A stretch of 64,000 nucleotides of DNA from Candidatus Delongbacteria bacterium (GTDB lineage: Bacteria > CAIWAD01): NCBI GenBank assembly GCA_963663545.1, contig OY760505.1, positions 3,424,001 through 3,488,000 on the forward strand, in the 5' to 3' direction. Made by a program: the position numbers and the translations under genes. Shown piece by piece: positions 21,492 to 31,572 of this stretch (the stretch's first letter is position 1; the number at the start of each line of letters is the position of its first letter). The notes under the pieces are model-generated. The model did no database searches, had not been told where the DNA came from, and saw nothing but the letters and a program-made list of their open reading frames with translations.

Positions 21492-22091
21492 ATGCAACAA
21501 CTCTTGCTCATGCTGCCGGTGCTGGTGTTTTCGGTTATTGTACACGAAATCGCCCACGGCTGGGTTGCCTGGAAGCTGGGAGATCCCACCGCGCGCATGT
21601 TGGGGCGACTGACACTTGATCCGCGCCCGCACATCGACCCCCTTTTCACACTGCTGGTGCCGGTGCTGTGCGCACTCTCAGGTTCGCCCATTTTTGGCGG
21701 AGCCAAGCCGGTGCCGGTCAACGCGCGCAATTTCCGACATCCCAGTCGCGACATGGCGCTGGTGGCGCTTGCGGGTCCGGTGAGCAATCTGCTGCTGGCG
21801 ACCTTAGCCGGTGTGCTGATTCGACTGCCACTTGGTGCGACTTTGTCGGGTATCGTGTATTACATGCTGGTGATCAATCTGGTGCTGGCTGCCTTCAACC
21901 TGCTGCCCATTCCGCCTTTGGATGGATCACGCGTGATGGCGCATTTTCTTCCCGGCGAACTTAGCGCGCGCTATCGTGGTCTTGACCGCTTTGGCATGCT
22001 GCTTATCATCGGTGTGCTGTTTCTGTTCAGTTCGCCCCTGCACCACTACCTGTCCTGGTTTGTCAGAACGGTAGGAGGTATTCTGGTATGA
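21492..22091 (+). CDS. Site-2 protease (peptidase M50)
   Basis: HEIAH, ALAGPVSN, FNLLPIPPLDG. Confidence 0.93.
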   Translation: MQQLLLMLPVLVFSVIVHEIAHGWVAWKLGDPTARMLGRLTLDPRPHIDPLFTLLVPVLCALSGSPIFGGAKPVPVNARNFRHPSRDMALVALAGPVSNLLLATLAGVLIRLPLGATLSGIVYYMLVINLVLAAFNLLPIPPLDGSRVMAHFLPGELSARYRGLDRFGMLLIIGVLFLFSSPLHHYLSWFVRTVGGILV

Positions 22092-22104
22092 GGCAGTGCC
22101 CGTC

Positions 22105-22395
22105 ATGATGCGTGCACGCCTGCCCAAACGGCGCTTCGATTACACGCCTTTCAGGTTGGAGTTGCCGAAACAGGAATTCCGGCAGCGCTTCCGCGAGCAG
22201 GTGGGCCTCAGCCCCGATCTGGCCGTGCGGCGCAAACCGGTGTATCGTTTTCTGCTCATTCTGGTGCTCTTGCTGGGCATCTTCTACTGGATCTTTCCCC
22301 ACGCGCTGCAGCGCATCTTCTCGCCCGCAATGGAGATTGGTCTGGAGGACGAAGTGCAAGTGGAGACGCAGAACAAGCCGGGTGAACTTCCATGA
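22105..22395 (+). CDS. Small hypothetical membrane protein
   Basis: Basic N-terminus, one TM, stop overlaps the mutL ATG (ATGA). Confidence 0.6.
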   Translation: MMRARLPKRRFDYTPFRLELPKQEFRQRFREQVGLSPDLAVRRKPVYRFLLILVLLLGIFYWIFPHALQRIFSPAMEIGLEDEVQVETQNKPGELP

Positions 22396-24260
22396 CGAAT
22401 GTGATACACAGACTGTCTGATCATGTGATCAACAAGATCGCTGCCGGCGAGGTGATCGAACGCCCCGCCTCGGTGGTCAAGGAACTGGTGGAGAACAGTC
22501 TAGATGCTGGAGCCACAAAGGTTGAAGTGGCGATTGAAGCCGGCGGCAAGAACTTCATTCAAGTGCTGGACAACGGTAGCGGCATGAGCCGTGACGATGC
22601 GCTGCTGGCACTGGATCGGCATGCAACCAGCAAAATGAGCCGTATCGAGGATCTGGAGCAGATTCACACCATGGGCTTTCGCGGAGAAGCCCTGCCCTCA
22701 ATTGCCGCTGTATCACGTTTCGAGTTGCGAACTCGACGCGAAGAGGACGAGGAAGGCACTAGCGTCAATGTTGTGGACGGCCGCTTGCAGCAAGTGGACC
22801 CTGTTGCCACAACGGCGGGTACACGTATCACGGTGCGAAATTTGTTCTTCTCAACACCAGCACGTCGCAAGTTCCTGACGAGCAATCAGAACGAGTTGAA
22901 GCACATTCTGGTGCTTCTGCGACGCATCGCGCTGGTGCGCCCCGAATTGCACTTCGTCCTGGTCAGTGATGGCGAAGAAGTGTTTGATTGGCCGGGTGGT
23001 GATCTTGACAATCGTGTGATACAAGTTTTTGGGCGTGAGATGCCGACGCGGCTGTTGAAAGTACGCCAACGCGAGCCTGGACTTGATGTCAGCGGTTTCA
23101 TCGGCAAGGTGAATACCTTCCGTCGCAGTCATGGCGATCAGTATTTGTTCATCAATGGTCGTCCCGTCAGCAATCGCATGATCAACCATGCTGTGTTTTC
23201 TTCGTACGGGCACACACTGGGCCGCGATCAGGTCCCCTTCTATCTGCTCTTTCTGGAATCAGATCCTGCGATGCTGGATGTCAACGTACATCCGGCCAAA
23301 AAGGAAGTCCGCTTTGCCGACGAACGCTGGGTTTATCGTCAGGTGCATCACGCGGTGACACAGGCGCTGGCCTCGCATCCTGTCAGCAACTTTGATTTGA
23401 ATGAAGACGGCGCTGGCGTGACACAGGAGAGCAGCCAGGCGCGGCCGGAGCTGAGGCTCACAGCGCAACAGCGTTACCGCGAGAGTGGCGATGAAACGCT
23501 CTCGGGGCGGGATCCCTTGCAGATGCGCCAATGTGATTATAGCGTGCAGGACGATCTGTTTCGCGATCGGGAACGGGTTCGCGCTGCTGAGAACGGCGTG
23601 CGACATCTGATGGATTCGGTGCGCATGGCGCGCGAGCGCTTTCCGGAGCCGCGCAGTGAGACTCGCGCGCTGGCACAGAAGCTCTATGCCGAAGACGAAG
23701 AACCGCGACTGTTTCAGCTTCACAACACCTACATCTTCGCTCCAGTTGAAAGCGGCGTTGTCATCGTTGATCAACATGTAGCACACGAACGAGTGTTGTA
23801 CGAGCAGTGTCTTGGTGCCATGCAGGAGCGAAGAGCTGCAAGCCAACGTTTGCTGTTTCCGGTGGAGCTGGATCTTGACGAAGAACTGCGCTTGGTTTTT
23901 GAAGAGGTTCACGAGCATCTCTTCGAAATGGGCTTCACCATGGAAATGCAGGGCACGCGGGTGATGGCGACAGGAGTACCGACCGAACTGCCGGTTGGTG
24001 ATCCGCGTGATATGGTGCGTGAGATTCTTGAGCAGTACCGCGTGTATCTGGGCACTATGCCCGAGCCACGTGATGCACTGGCGGCAAGCGTGGCCTGCAA
24101 GGCCGCCATCAAGGCTGGACAGCCATTGAAGCAGGAGGAGATGCGCAGTCTGCTTGAGCAGCTCTTTGCCTGCAAACAGCCCTTCACCTGCCCCCACGGA
24201 CGCCCGGTCGTCATCAATCTGGGCATTGAAGAGCTTCACCGACGTTTCATGCGCGAGTAA
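22392..24260 (+). CDS. mutL: DNA mismatch repair endonuclease MutL
   Basis: IAAGEVIERPASVVKELVENS, GFRGEAL, DQHVAHERVLYE, ACK, CPHGRP. Confidence 0.98.
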   Translation: MTNVIHRLSDHVINKIAAGEVIERPASVVKELVENSLDAGATKVEVAIEAGGKNFIQVLDNGSGMSRDDALLALDRHATSKMSRIEDLEQIHTMGFRGEALPSIAAVSRFELRTRREEDEEGTSVNVVDGRLQQVDPVATTAGTRITVRNLFFSTPARRKFLTSNQNELKHILVLLRRIALVRPELHFVLVSDGEEVFDWPGGDLDNRVIQVFGREMPTRLLKVRQREPGLDVSGFIGKVNTFRRSHGDQYLFINGRPVSNRMINHAVFSSYGHTLGRDQVPFYLLFLESDPAMLDVNVHPAKKEVRFADERWVYRQVHHAVTQALASHPVSNFDLNEDGAGVTQESSQARPELRLTAQQRYRESGDETLSGRDPLQMRQCDYSVQDDLFRDRERVRAAENGVRHLMDSVRMARERFPEPRSETRALAQKLYAEDEEPRLFQLHNTYIFAPVESGVVIVDQHVAHERVLYEQCLGAMQERRAASQRLLFPVELDLDEELRLVFEEVHEHLFEMGFTMEMQGTRVMATGVPTELPVGDPRDMVREILEQYRVYLGTMPEPRDALAASVACKAAIKAGQPLKQEEMRSLLEQLFACKQPFTCPHGRPVVINLGIEELHRRFMRE

Positions 24261-24263
24261 CAC

Positions 24264-25247
24264 ATGCTGCCCTTTCTTCCTGTAATCACAGGGCCGACGG
24301 CGAGCGGAAAAACCAGTCTGGCCATTGAGCTGGCAGAACGACTGGGTGTGGAAATTGTATCACTGGACAGTCGTCAGGTCTACCGCGGGCTTGAAGTGGC
24401 AACTGCGGCTCCGACTGCGAAAGAGCAGCAGCGCGTGATACATCATCTTGTTTCCTGTGTCTCACCGCACGAAGATTACAGCGCGGGTCGGTTCAATGCA
24501 GATGCACGGCGGGTTCTGAGGCTTCCCACTGTAGAGGAAGCGGCTGAAGGTGTGGCATGCGACGATGCCGGAGCCGCACCCCGTGCCCTGTTTTGTGGCG
24601 GTAGTGGTTTCTACCTGCGCGCCTTTCTTGATCCGGTGCATCCTAGCCTGGGAAGCCAGCCTGAATTGCGAAATGAAGTCAAGGCGCTCGCTGATTCTCT
24701 GGGCGCCGAGGAGTTTCGCGCACATGTTGTAGCACAGGATCCAGAGGCAGCGTGGATTCCAGCCGGAGACCGCAACAAACTGGAACGCTACTTGGAAATC
24801 ACGCTGAGCAGTGAAATTCCTGCAACACGAGCCATGCGCGAACTGGTGTTGCCTCGACCGGTCGACAGCCTGGTTTTCGTGTTACACACAAACCTTGACT
24901 GGCTGATGCCGCGTATTCGCAAGCGCTGTTGGGAGATGCTCAAGGGCGGTATGATCGATGAGATACGACTGGCGCTTGAAGAGGGTGTATCACCTCAGCA
25001 GAACAGTCTGCGCTCGGTAGGTGCAGGCGAGGTCATGGAACTGCTGGCAGGTCGTCTGGACCTGGTGCATTGCAAAGAACGTGTATCACGCAGTACCCGG
25101 CAATATGCGCGCAAGCAACTCACGTGGGGACGGGGAATCGAGGATGCCGTGATCCTGCCGGCGGAAGCTCCTCACGAGGAACTGCTGGAGCGCATGCTTG
25201 AAAAGATTCACACAAGGATGCGCGCACGCGCCAGGGGTGACTCGTGA
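24264..25247 (+). CDS. miaA: tRNA dimethylallyltransferase
   Basis: GPTASGKT, DSRQVY, GGSGFY, TRQYARKQLTW; follows mutL. Confidence 0.93.
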   Translation: MLPFLPVITGPTASGKTSLAIELAERLGVEIVSLDSRQVYRGLEVATAAPTAKEQQRVIHHLVSCVSPHEDYSAGRFNADARRVLRLPTVEEAAEGVACDDAGAAPRALFCGGSGFYLRAFLDPVHPSLGSQPELRNEVKALADSLGAEEFRAHVVAQDPEAAWIPAGDRNKLERYLEITLSSEIPATRAMRELVLPRPVDSLVFVLHTNLDWLMPRIRKRCWEMLKGGMIDEIRLALEEGVSPQQNSLRSVGAGEVMELLAGRLDLVHCKERVSRSTRQYARKQLTWGRGIEDAVILPAEAPHEELLERMLEKIHTRMRARARGDS

Positions 25248-27466
25248 TATGCTGGCTCCTGCTGATTGCGCTTTGCGCACAAGTACAGGCACTTCAGCTT
25301 GACAGCTCTGCCAAAGTCAAACTAATGCAGTTGGAAAGTGGCGAGGAATCCCGTTGGCTGCTACTGCCACGTGCGCCTGACAGCGAGCTGGATCCCACCC
25401 TGCGCAGCACACTCCGGTCAGTGCCGGGCGGCGCCTTTGTCATACAAGCGGATGCAATGGGCATCAGAGCGCTTGGCTTGGACGATGGCTGGACGCTCGT
25501 TCCAGAGCGGCTATTGCATCCCTGTCTGGATGTAGCACGCGGCCTTTGTGCACTGGATTCCCTTGTGCAGAGCAGGCCAGAAGGCAGCCACGATTTTGAT
25601 GGAAGCGGCGTGCTGGTGGGCATTGTCGACACCGGCATCGACTGCGAGCATGGCGATTTCTGGAGTGACGACGAGTGCCGCATCCTTTCGGTCTGGGATC
25701 AAACTGAGCAGCGAACTTACTCACATTCCGAGATTCTGCAGCACCGTGCAGGTTGTCTGGATTCCGAAGGACACGGAACCCATGTCGCTTCCATTGCTGC
25801 GGGAAACGGAAACAGTGCGGCGGGTAGCGATGAGGGCGGACCCTTTGTCGGGTTTGCTCCCGGAGCCGAATTGTTGGTAGTGCGCTCGACGCTTTGCGAG
25901 AGTGATGTGGTGGAGGGCGTTCGGTGGGTCTTCGAGCGCGCTGCCGAACTCGGGCGTCCATGCGTCGTGAACCTGAGTCTGGAAACGCAGCAAGGACCGC
26001 ACGACGGCGGTAGTTGGATGGAAGAGCAGTTGGCGGCCCTGTGTGGCCCTGGCCGGCTAGTGGTCTGTGCTGCAGGAAACAGCGCCAGTCTGGACCAGCA
26101 TGCCAGCGCCGAATTCAACACCAGTCAGCAAGTGCAATTCGTGTGTGACGAGGAGAGTGGCTGGCTGGATGTCTGGGTGTGGGGCGCGTATCCGCAGGTG
26201 ACATTGACTCTGCCTGGCGGCGCACTATTGACCGGTTCTGCACAGACTTATCGCCAGAACGGATGGAATATTGCTCTGCCCACCGCCGTGTTAACGGATG
26301 ACCGCTGGCACATTGCACTGGAGCTGAGTGCTGTTGCAAACACCGTGGACCCCCTCAGTCTGCGCATAATATGCCAGGAGGAAAACAATCTGCTGCACGC
26401 CTGGGCGGACGGTGTACACTTCCTCATCGCAGACAGCTTGAGCACACTGGGGTCGCCGGCCAGTGCCGATAGTGTATTGGTTGCGGGAAACCTCGTAAGC
26501 CGTGCGACATGGACTGATATTGACGGCAATGGCTGGCGTTTTGCCGGCGAGAATCTGGGCGAGATGGCGACAAGCTCTGCAAGAGGCCCACGTGTAGACG
26601 GCAGGCGAGTTCCACAGTTGAGTCTACCCGGACAAGGGATCTTTGCCGCCATGTCTTCCGCGTTGGCCGGTATTGAGTCACAGCGTGTGTACCGTCATGC
26701 AGACGGTACGCACATCCTGCGTGGCGGGACTTCGATGGCGGCGCCCGCACTCACCGGGCTGTTGGCATTGCTACTCCAGTATGAACCACTGACTTCCTGC
26801 GCGACCGCTGACACCTTGCTTGCTGCGTGTGGCACGTCGGCAGAGTGGGATGCGGCACGCGGCTACAGCCTTCCCGATGCGCGTTCTTTGCTGGCCGAGT
26901 ACGACTCGCCATTGTGGGCGTTTACAGCGACACCCTCCTTCAGTTACGTCGATCTGGCCTGGTGGGCGGGTGATGAGGCAGCGGGGCGGCAACTTGAGTT
27001 GTCGCGACTGTGTGGAACGGAGGAGTCACTGCTGCTCCAGCAGACGGTGTATTCGGGCAACATGAGTTTCCGTGATACAGGTCTGCTTGCGGGCACGGAT
27101 GCCGTTTACAGGATCATTCTGTTTCAGGACGATGGAAGCCCCTTTGAATTGCGTACTACATCTGTAAGGCTGCTTACGGGTAGCGGCCCGCGTATCACGA
27201 GTCTCTATCCCAATCCAGTGTTCGGAGGAGAGTTCACGGTATCCATCGCACTGCCGAAAACGGCCTTTTGTTCACTTGAACTCTTTGACCTACTGGGACG
27301 ATGTGTGTGCACGTGGCCGCAAGGGGTACTCGACTCGGGTTTGCATCAAATCAAGCTGAAGCCATCCGATCATACGGTGATGGCTGCAGGCTGGTATGCG
27401 CTACATGCAGAAGCACTGGGTGCCGGTGATACAAAATCAATGCTCTGGATTCCTCAAGGAAGGTGA
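25244..27466 (+). CDS. Secreted S8 (subtilisin-like) serine peptidase with C-terminal sorting-like domain
   Basis: Triad VGIVDTG / HGTHVAS / GTSMAAP; AAGN; C-terminal SLYPNPV. Confidence 0.88.
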   Translation: MICWLLLIALCAQVQALQLDSSAKVKLMQLESGEESRWLLLPRAPDSELDPTLRSTLRSVPGGAFVIQADAMGIRALGLDDGWTLVPERLLHPCLDVARGLCALDSLVQSRPEGSHDFDGSGVLVGIVDTGIDCEHGDFWSDDECRILSVWDQTEQRTYSHSEILQHRAGCLDSEGHGTHVASIAAGNGNSAAGSDEGGPFVGFAPGAELLVVRSTLCESDVVEGVRWVFERAAELGRPCVVNLSLETQQGPHDGGSWMEEQLAALCGPGRLVVCAAGNSASLDQHASAEFNTSQQVQFVCDEESGWLDVWVWGAYPQVTLTLPGGALLTGSAQTYRQNGWNIALPTAVLTDDRWHIALELSAVANTVDPLSLRIICQEENNLLHAWADGVHFLIADSLSTLGSPASADSVLVAGNLVSRATWTDIDGNGWRFAGENLGEMATSSARGPRVDGRRVPQLSLPGQGIFAAMSSALAGIESQRVYRHADGTHILRGGTSMAAPALTGLLALLLQYEPLTSCATADTLLAACGTSAEWDAARGYSLPDARSLLAEYDSPLWAFTATPSFSYVDLAWWAGDEAAGRQLELSRLCGTEESLLLQQTVYSGNMSFRDTGLLAGTDAVYRIILFQDDGSPFELRTTSVRLLTGSGPRITSLYPNPVFGGEFTVSIALPKTAFCSLELFDLLGRCVCTWPQGVLDSGLHQIKLKPSDHTVMAAGWYALHAEALGAGDTKSMLWIPQGR

Positions 27467-27469
27467 ACC

Positions 27470-28663
27470 ATGCTGGACGAGTATCACATTGACGCGCACC
27501 CCGGCCTCCCTTTGCGACCTACGCAGGTGCTAATAGATCCCGAAGCCTTGGCTCACAATGCTCGACTGCTGGGAGCCCGCAGCGGGCTTGGTGTCGGTGG
27601 ACTGATGGCCGTCGTCAAGGCGAACGGCTATGGTCACGGCCTTTTAGCTGTATCACGCATTCTGTTGAAAGCAGGAGTACGCCGACTGGCTGTGGGCTTC
27701 CTCGAAGAAGCCATTCTACTGCGTCGCGAGGGAGTTCGCTGTCCCATTCTTGTCCTGGGGGGGCTGGTCGAGTATCAGATTGCCAGCTATTTGGAACACG
27801 GCATCGACATGACGGTCTCCTCGATGCACAAAGCACAGCAAGTGGCCACGTTGGTGCGCGCTCTGGCAGCAGGCAAGGGGACTTGTGCGCGCGTACATCT
27901 GAAGATTGATACGGGCATGGAGCGCATTGGTGTTCATCCAACCAGCGCGCCGGGGTTGATAGAAGAAGCCTTGTCGCACTCGGAATTGCAGATCTGTGGC
28001 GTGTACTCCCATTTGGCCAATGCGGCCGAAGGTGACGAAGATGAGGCTCTGCGCGCACTTGGGCTGTTTGCGGGCCTGCGTCGTAAGTACGAAGCGGCGC
28101 TTCCAAGTGGTTGCCTTTGGCATCTTGCCGCCAGCGCTGCTGCGGCTCGTTGGCCTAAGACAGCACTCGATTGCATTCGTCCGGGAATCATGCTCTATGG
28201 CATTGACCCGGCGGGCGGCCTTGGCGAGAAGGCGATAATGCCTGGCCTGAAGCCAGCGATGGCCTGGCATTCGGCCGTTGTTTACTTCAAGGTTGTTGAG
28301 GCTGGCAGCGGCATCTCCTATGGGCACGAATACACGACACCGGCACGCACGCGTTTGATCACCATTCCGGTTGGCTATGGTGATGGTTACCGTCGCGCCA
28401 TGAGCGGGCGGGCTGAAGTGTTGGTCCGTGGGGTGCGCTGCCCTGTGCGTGGGCGCATTTGCATGGATCAGATCATGGCCGATCTGGGGCCCGGGGGCAC
28501 AGCGTACAATGGCGACGAAGTCGTGTTGGTTGGGAGTCAGGGCGGTGACACGATTCATCTAGAGGAGCTGGCCAGCTGGATGGAGGGGAGTCCCTACGAA
28601 GTGCTAACCAGCATTTCTGACCGCGTCCCGCGTCGAATACTGAGTGCGCCCATCGTGGAATGA
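27470..28663 (+). CDS. alr: Alanine racemase
   Basis: MAVVKANGYGHG, KIDTGMERIG, GYGDG, GRICMDQ. Confidence 0.96.
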   Translation: MLDEYHIDAHPGLPLRPTQVLIDPEALAHNARLLGARSGLGVGGLMAVVKANGYGHGLLAVSRILLKAGVRRLAVGFLEEAILLRREGVRCPILVLGGLVEYQIASYLEHGIDMTVSSMHKAQQVATLVRALAAGKGTCARVHLKIDTGMERIGVHPTSAPGLIEEALSHSELQICGVYSHLANAAEGDEDEALRALGLFAGLRRKYEAALPSGCLWHLAASAAAARWPKTALDCIRPGIMLYGIDPAGGLGEKAIMPGLKPAMAWHSAVVYFKVVEAGSGISYGHEYTTPARTRLITIPVGYGDGYRRAMSGRAEVLVRGVRCPVRGRICMDQIMADLGPGGTAYNGDEVVLVGSQGGDTIHLEELASWMEGSPYEVLTSISDRVPRRILSAPIVE

Positions 28664-28862
28664 GTCTTGTGAGACGGGCGGAGACCGTCTAAGTGTTAAC
28701 GCCCCCTCTCGCCTGTAGGGAATTGCATACACGAAGTAGTTGGGGTCCACCGCTCACAAAGGAGCCCCTTCACCCGCCAAACGGACCGATTTTCAAGAGA
28801 AAACGGCCAAATCCACCTTCCGAATGGAAAAAGACTTAGCTCACACACCTTGTTGAAGATTT

Positions 28863-28877
28863 TGGCATTGCGATTGC
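28863..28877 (+). promoter_or_regulatory. Sigma54 (-24/-12) promoter
   Basis: TGGCATTGCGATTGC(T) = GG-N10-GC in the alr-peptide intergenic region. Confidence 0.75.
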
Positions 28878-28885
28878 TATGAAAT

Positions 28886-29100
28886 AACGGTTGTTGGCAG
28901 TGAAATGTCTGGACGATCAAACAGACACTGCCCGTCGAACCGTTGCGCTGTGAGATTTGACAGACTCACTCGCCGGTCCGGAATTCGGCTCGCCGTAGCG
29001 TCAAGCCCAAAAGAGACGCTAATAGCCGGTTGACTCACCCCGGCTGTTAAGTATGGCGACGGACAGGATTCATCAGGCCCGATTTTGTCTGTCTTTTTTT
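28886..29100 (+). ncRNA. Candidate sigma54-dependent structured sRNA or attenuator leader (~210 nt)
   Basis: Starts at the expected TSS; five consecutive hairpins then a terminator; no ORF on the + strand in the track. Confidence 0.55.
29058..29100 (+). terminator. Intrinsic terminator closing the candidate RNA
   Basis: GACGGACAGGAT / ATTTTGTCTGTC 12-bp stem with 3 G-U pairs, then T7. Confidence 0.75.
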
Positions 29101-29171
29101 ACGCACTGCGGTTTTTGCTGGCGCGAAAGCTAAGCTAGTCTTACTTTCGTCGAGTCAAGTTGAGGTGAACT

Positions 29172-29453
29172 ATGCGACGAATGCTGGTACTTACCGCCCT
29201 GTTAGCCCTCACAGCACCACTGTTTGCTGGTGTTTGGGGTCCGGGTGAAGGTCCCTACAACCCCAATCCAAGCTGGGAAAAGCCCGGTCCTGTTCCCGAC
29301 TGGTACAATGACGACCCCACTGACCCGCACGGCGACTGGGATCATCGTGACATGGATGGCCCTTCAGAAGAAGACGAGGGCATCATCTACGACGATCAAT
29401 ACTACTGGTACTGGGATGAGGTCGAGGGTTGCTGGGTTCGCGTTGAGGGCTAA
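29172..29453 (+). CDS. Small secreted Trp/Pro/acid-rich peptide
   Basis: RBS GAGGTG; Sec signal MRRMLVLTALLALTAPLFA; 74-aa mature part. Confidence 0.8.
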   Translation: MRRMLVLTALLALTAPLFAGVWGPGEGPYNPNPSWEKPGPVPDWYNDDPTDPHGDWDHRDMDGPSEEDEGIIYDDQYYWYWDEVEGCWVRVEG

Positions 29454-29484
29454 ACGCTAATCCCGCTGAATAGGTGAGTCATCC

Positions 29485-31560
29485 ATGAGATGTCTGCGAG
29501 CTTTCGCAGCATTCTTTGAGCAGTCTGCTGGCTGGAGGCTGTTTGAAGAGCGCAAATTCAAACCCGCGCTGGAGCATTTCGAAAACGAGATGCAAAAGGC
29601 GCCGGACCGACGCTTTCGCGAATACGCACGCTTCCATGCTGCCAATTGTTGCTTTGTCTTGGGTCAGTATCCCAGGGCGAAGCGCTATTTGATTCAAGCC
29701 AACAAGTGGGCGGGCAACTCTGAGGACCGTCCGCTGCGCATGGCTTGTATCTTTTCCCTGGCTGCACTCGAGGTTGCGCAAGGCAATCGCGAAAAGGGAC
29801 TCGGCGTATACGAGAAATTCCGCACGCTCTATGAGAATCGCCTGCAGCCCTACGATCAGGCAATGCTCTATCTGAACCTCGCGCTGACGCATACGCAATT
29901 GAAGCATCTCGAGCTGGCCAAAGAAATGCTCGAAGAGGCCGCAGAGGTTATCGAGCCCCTTGGCGAAGCTCACCTTGACACTTTCCTCGCCTACTATCGC
30001 GGCATTCTGCAAAACCGTAGCGGCAATAGTGCTGCAGCTTTGAGCGACCTGCAGGACGCTGTTGCTTTAGCAGAGACCGGCGACGATCTCTACGATCAGA
30101 CGCGCTGCCACTGGCAGATCGGCAACCATTATCTGCGCCAGGAGAATTGGGAGCAAGCGCTAAAAGCGCTGAAAAAGGCGATCCGCATTTCCAAGCGGGC
30201 AGGCTTTCAAGTCGAGTCTGCCAAGTGTCTCAATGACTTCGCCTGGGCCCATTTCCGCAAGGGGCAGCTTGTTGAAGCCAAGTCCTTTGCTGAAGAGGCG
30301 ATTCTGGTGGGGCGTGAAGCCGGGTTGGATACTTCCAACTTCCTGGATACGCTTGAGCAGATCAACGCCCATATCAATGATTTCTACGAAGAAGAGCGCC
30401 TGATTGCCGAGCTCGAGCGCGAAAGTACACGCGAGTTTGAGTTGGTGGGCTACAGCGATCGCATGGTGCAGGTAACGGAGGCGATCAAGACTTTTGCTCC
30501 CTGCAGCGATCCAGTGCTAATCTACGGTGAAACGGGTACTGGCAAAGAGCTTGTATCACGAGCGGTGCATCTGGCTTCCTTGCGTGCGGAACGCGCTTTC
30601 CAGAAGCGTAATTGCGCAGCCATCCCCGAGAACCTCATCGAATCCGAGCTCTTTGGACATGTGAAAGGTGCCTTCACAGGTGCCACTTCTGACCGTAAGG
30701 GAATCTTCGAGGAAGCCGACGGAGGCACTCTCTTCCTGGACGAAATCGGTGAGATGCCCATCAGTCTGCAATCCAAATTGCTGCGTGTTCTCGAGTACGG
30801 CGAGTTCTATCGCGTGGGCTCAACGGAGTTGCTGCGTGTCGATGTTCGCATCATTGCTGCCACCAACAAGAATCTTGCCCAAGAAGTGGCCAAGGGCAAT
30901 TTCCGCGAAGACCTTTATTTCCGCCTGAATACAATCCGCCTTGATCTGCCCAATCTGCGTGAACGACGCGAGGATGTCGGGCTGCTGGTCAATCACTTCC
31001 TGTTCGCGCTCAATGAAGAGTTCGACAAGTATTACAAAGTGCTGACCGCAGACGCGCTGGCACTGTTGGAACAATACCCGTTCCCAGGAAATGTGCGCGA
31101 GCTGAAGAATATTGTTCGTGCCGCATACCTGACCAGCAAGGGGAGGCAGATTGCGCCGCAGGACCTGCAGCGTTTCTTCCAGCCTTCTGCAGCCGCATTG
31201 ACGCAGACGGCTGCTCCTGTGGTCAGCGAGCCCCCCGTAGTGCAGCAGAGTATTGCACCTCCGCCCATTGTGGCCGATATCGACGATGACGATGACGAGA
31301 TCCCCGCCGCTGAAGAGAAACGCTCGTTGGTCGGCGAATCCGAGGAAAGTCGAGTTGTGCCTTTTGCGGGATCGGAGTTGATGGACAAGGTCTGTTTGAA
31401 GGAGTACATGCTGGCTGCAGAGAAGCGCTACTTGCTGAGTGTATTACGGCAATGCGATAGCGTGAACAAGGCCTGTAGTGTGTTGAAGATCAGCAGACCG
31501 ACGTTCTATCAGAAACTGAAAGTGCACGGTATCAGCTTGTCCAACAAGCGCCTGGTGTGA
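29485..31560 (+). CDS. Sigma54-dependent activator (bEBP) with N-terminal TPR domain
   Basis: TPR-like helical repeats; GETGTGKE, ELFGHVKGAFTGA, LFLDEIG, FPGNVREL; C-terminal Fis-type HTH. Confidence 0.93.
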   Translation: MRCLRAFAAFFEQSAGWRLFEERKFKPALEHFENEMQKAPDRRFREYARFHAANCCFVLGQYPRAKRYLIQANKWAGNSEDRPLRMACIFSLAALEVAQGNREKGLGVYEKFRTLYENRLQPYDQAMLYLNLALTHTQLKHLELAKEMLEEAAEVIEPLGEAHLDTFLAYYRGILQNRSGNSAAALSDLQDAVALAETGDDLYDQTRCHWQIGNHYLRQENWEQALKALKKAIRISKRAGFQVESAKCLNDFAWAHFRKGQLVEAKSFAEEAILVGREAGLDTSNFLDTLEQINAHINDFYEEERLIAELERESTREFELVGYSDRMVQVTEAIKTFAPCSDPVLIYGETGTGKELVSRAVHLASLRAERAFQKRNCAAIPENLIESELFGHVKGAFTGATSDRKGIFEEADGGTLFLDEIGEMPISLQSKLLRVLEYGEFYRVGSTELLRVDVRIIAATNKNLAQEVAKGNFREDLYFRLNTIRLDLPNLRERREDVGLLVNHFLFALNEEFDKYYKVLTADALALLEQYPFPGNVRELKNIVRAAYLTSKGRQIAPQDLQRFFQPSAAALTQTAAPVVSEPPVVQQSIAPPPIVADIDDDDDEIPAAEEKRSLVGESEESRVVPFAGSELMDKVCLKEYMLAAEKRYLLSVLRQCDSVNKACSVLKISRPTFYQKLKVHGISLSNKRLV

Positions 31561-31572
31561 TACAAAAACAGA

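Noticed and set aside
10321..28848. Shared 10-mer GCTCACACAC upstream of two sigma54 promoters (10321, 28839)
   Set aside because: Very different distances from the promoters, not a dyad, not seen at the third promoter
29172..29453. RiPP precursor
   Set aside because: Has a Sec signal rather than a leader, and no adjacent modifying enzyme
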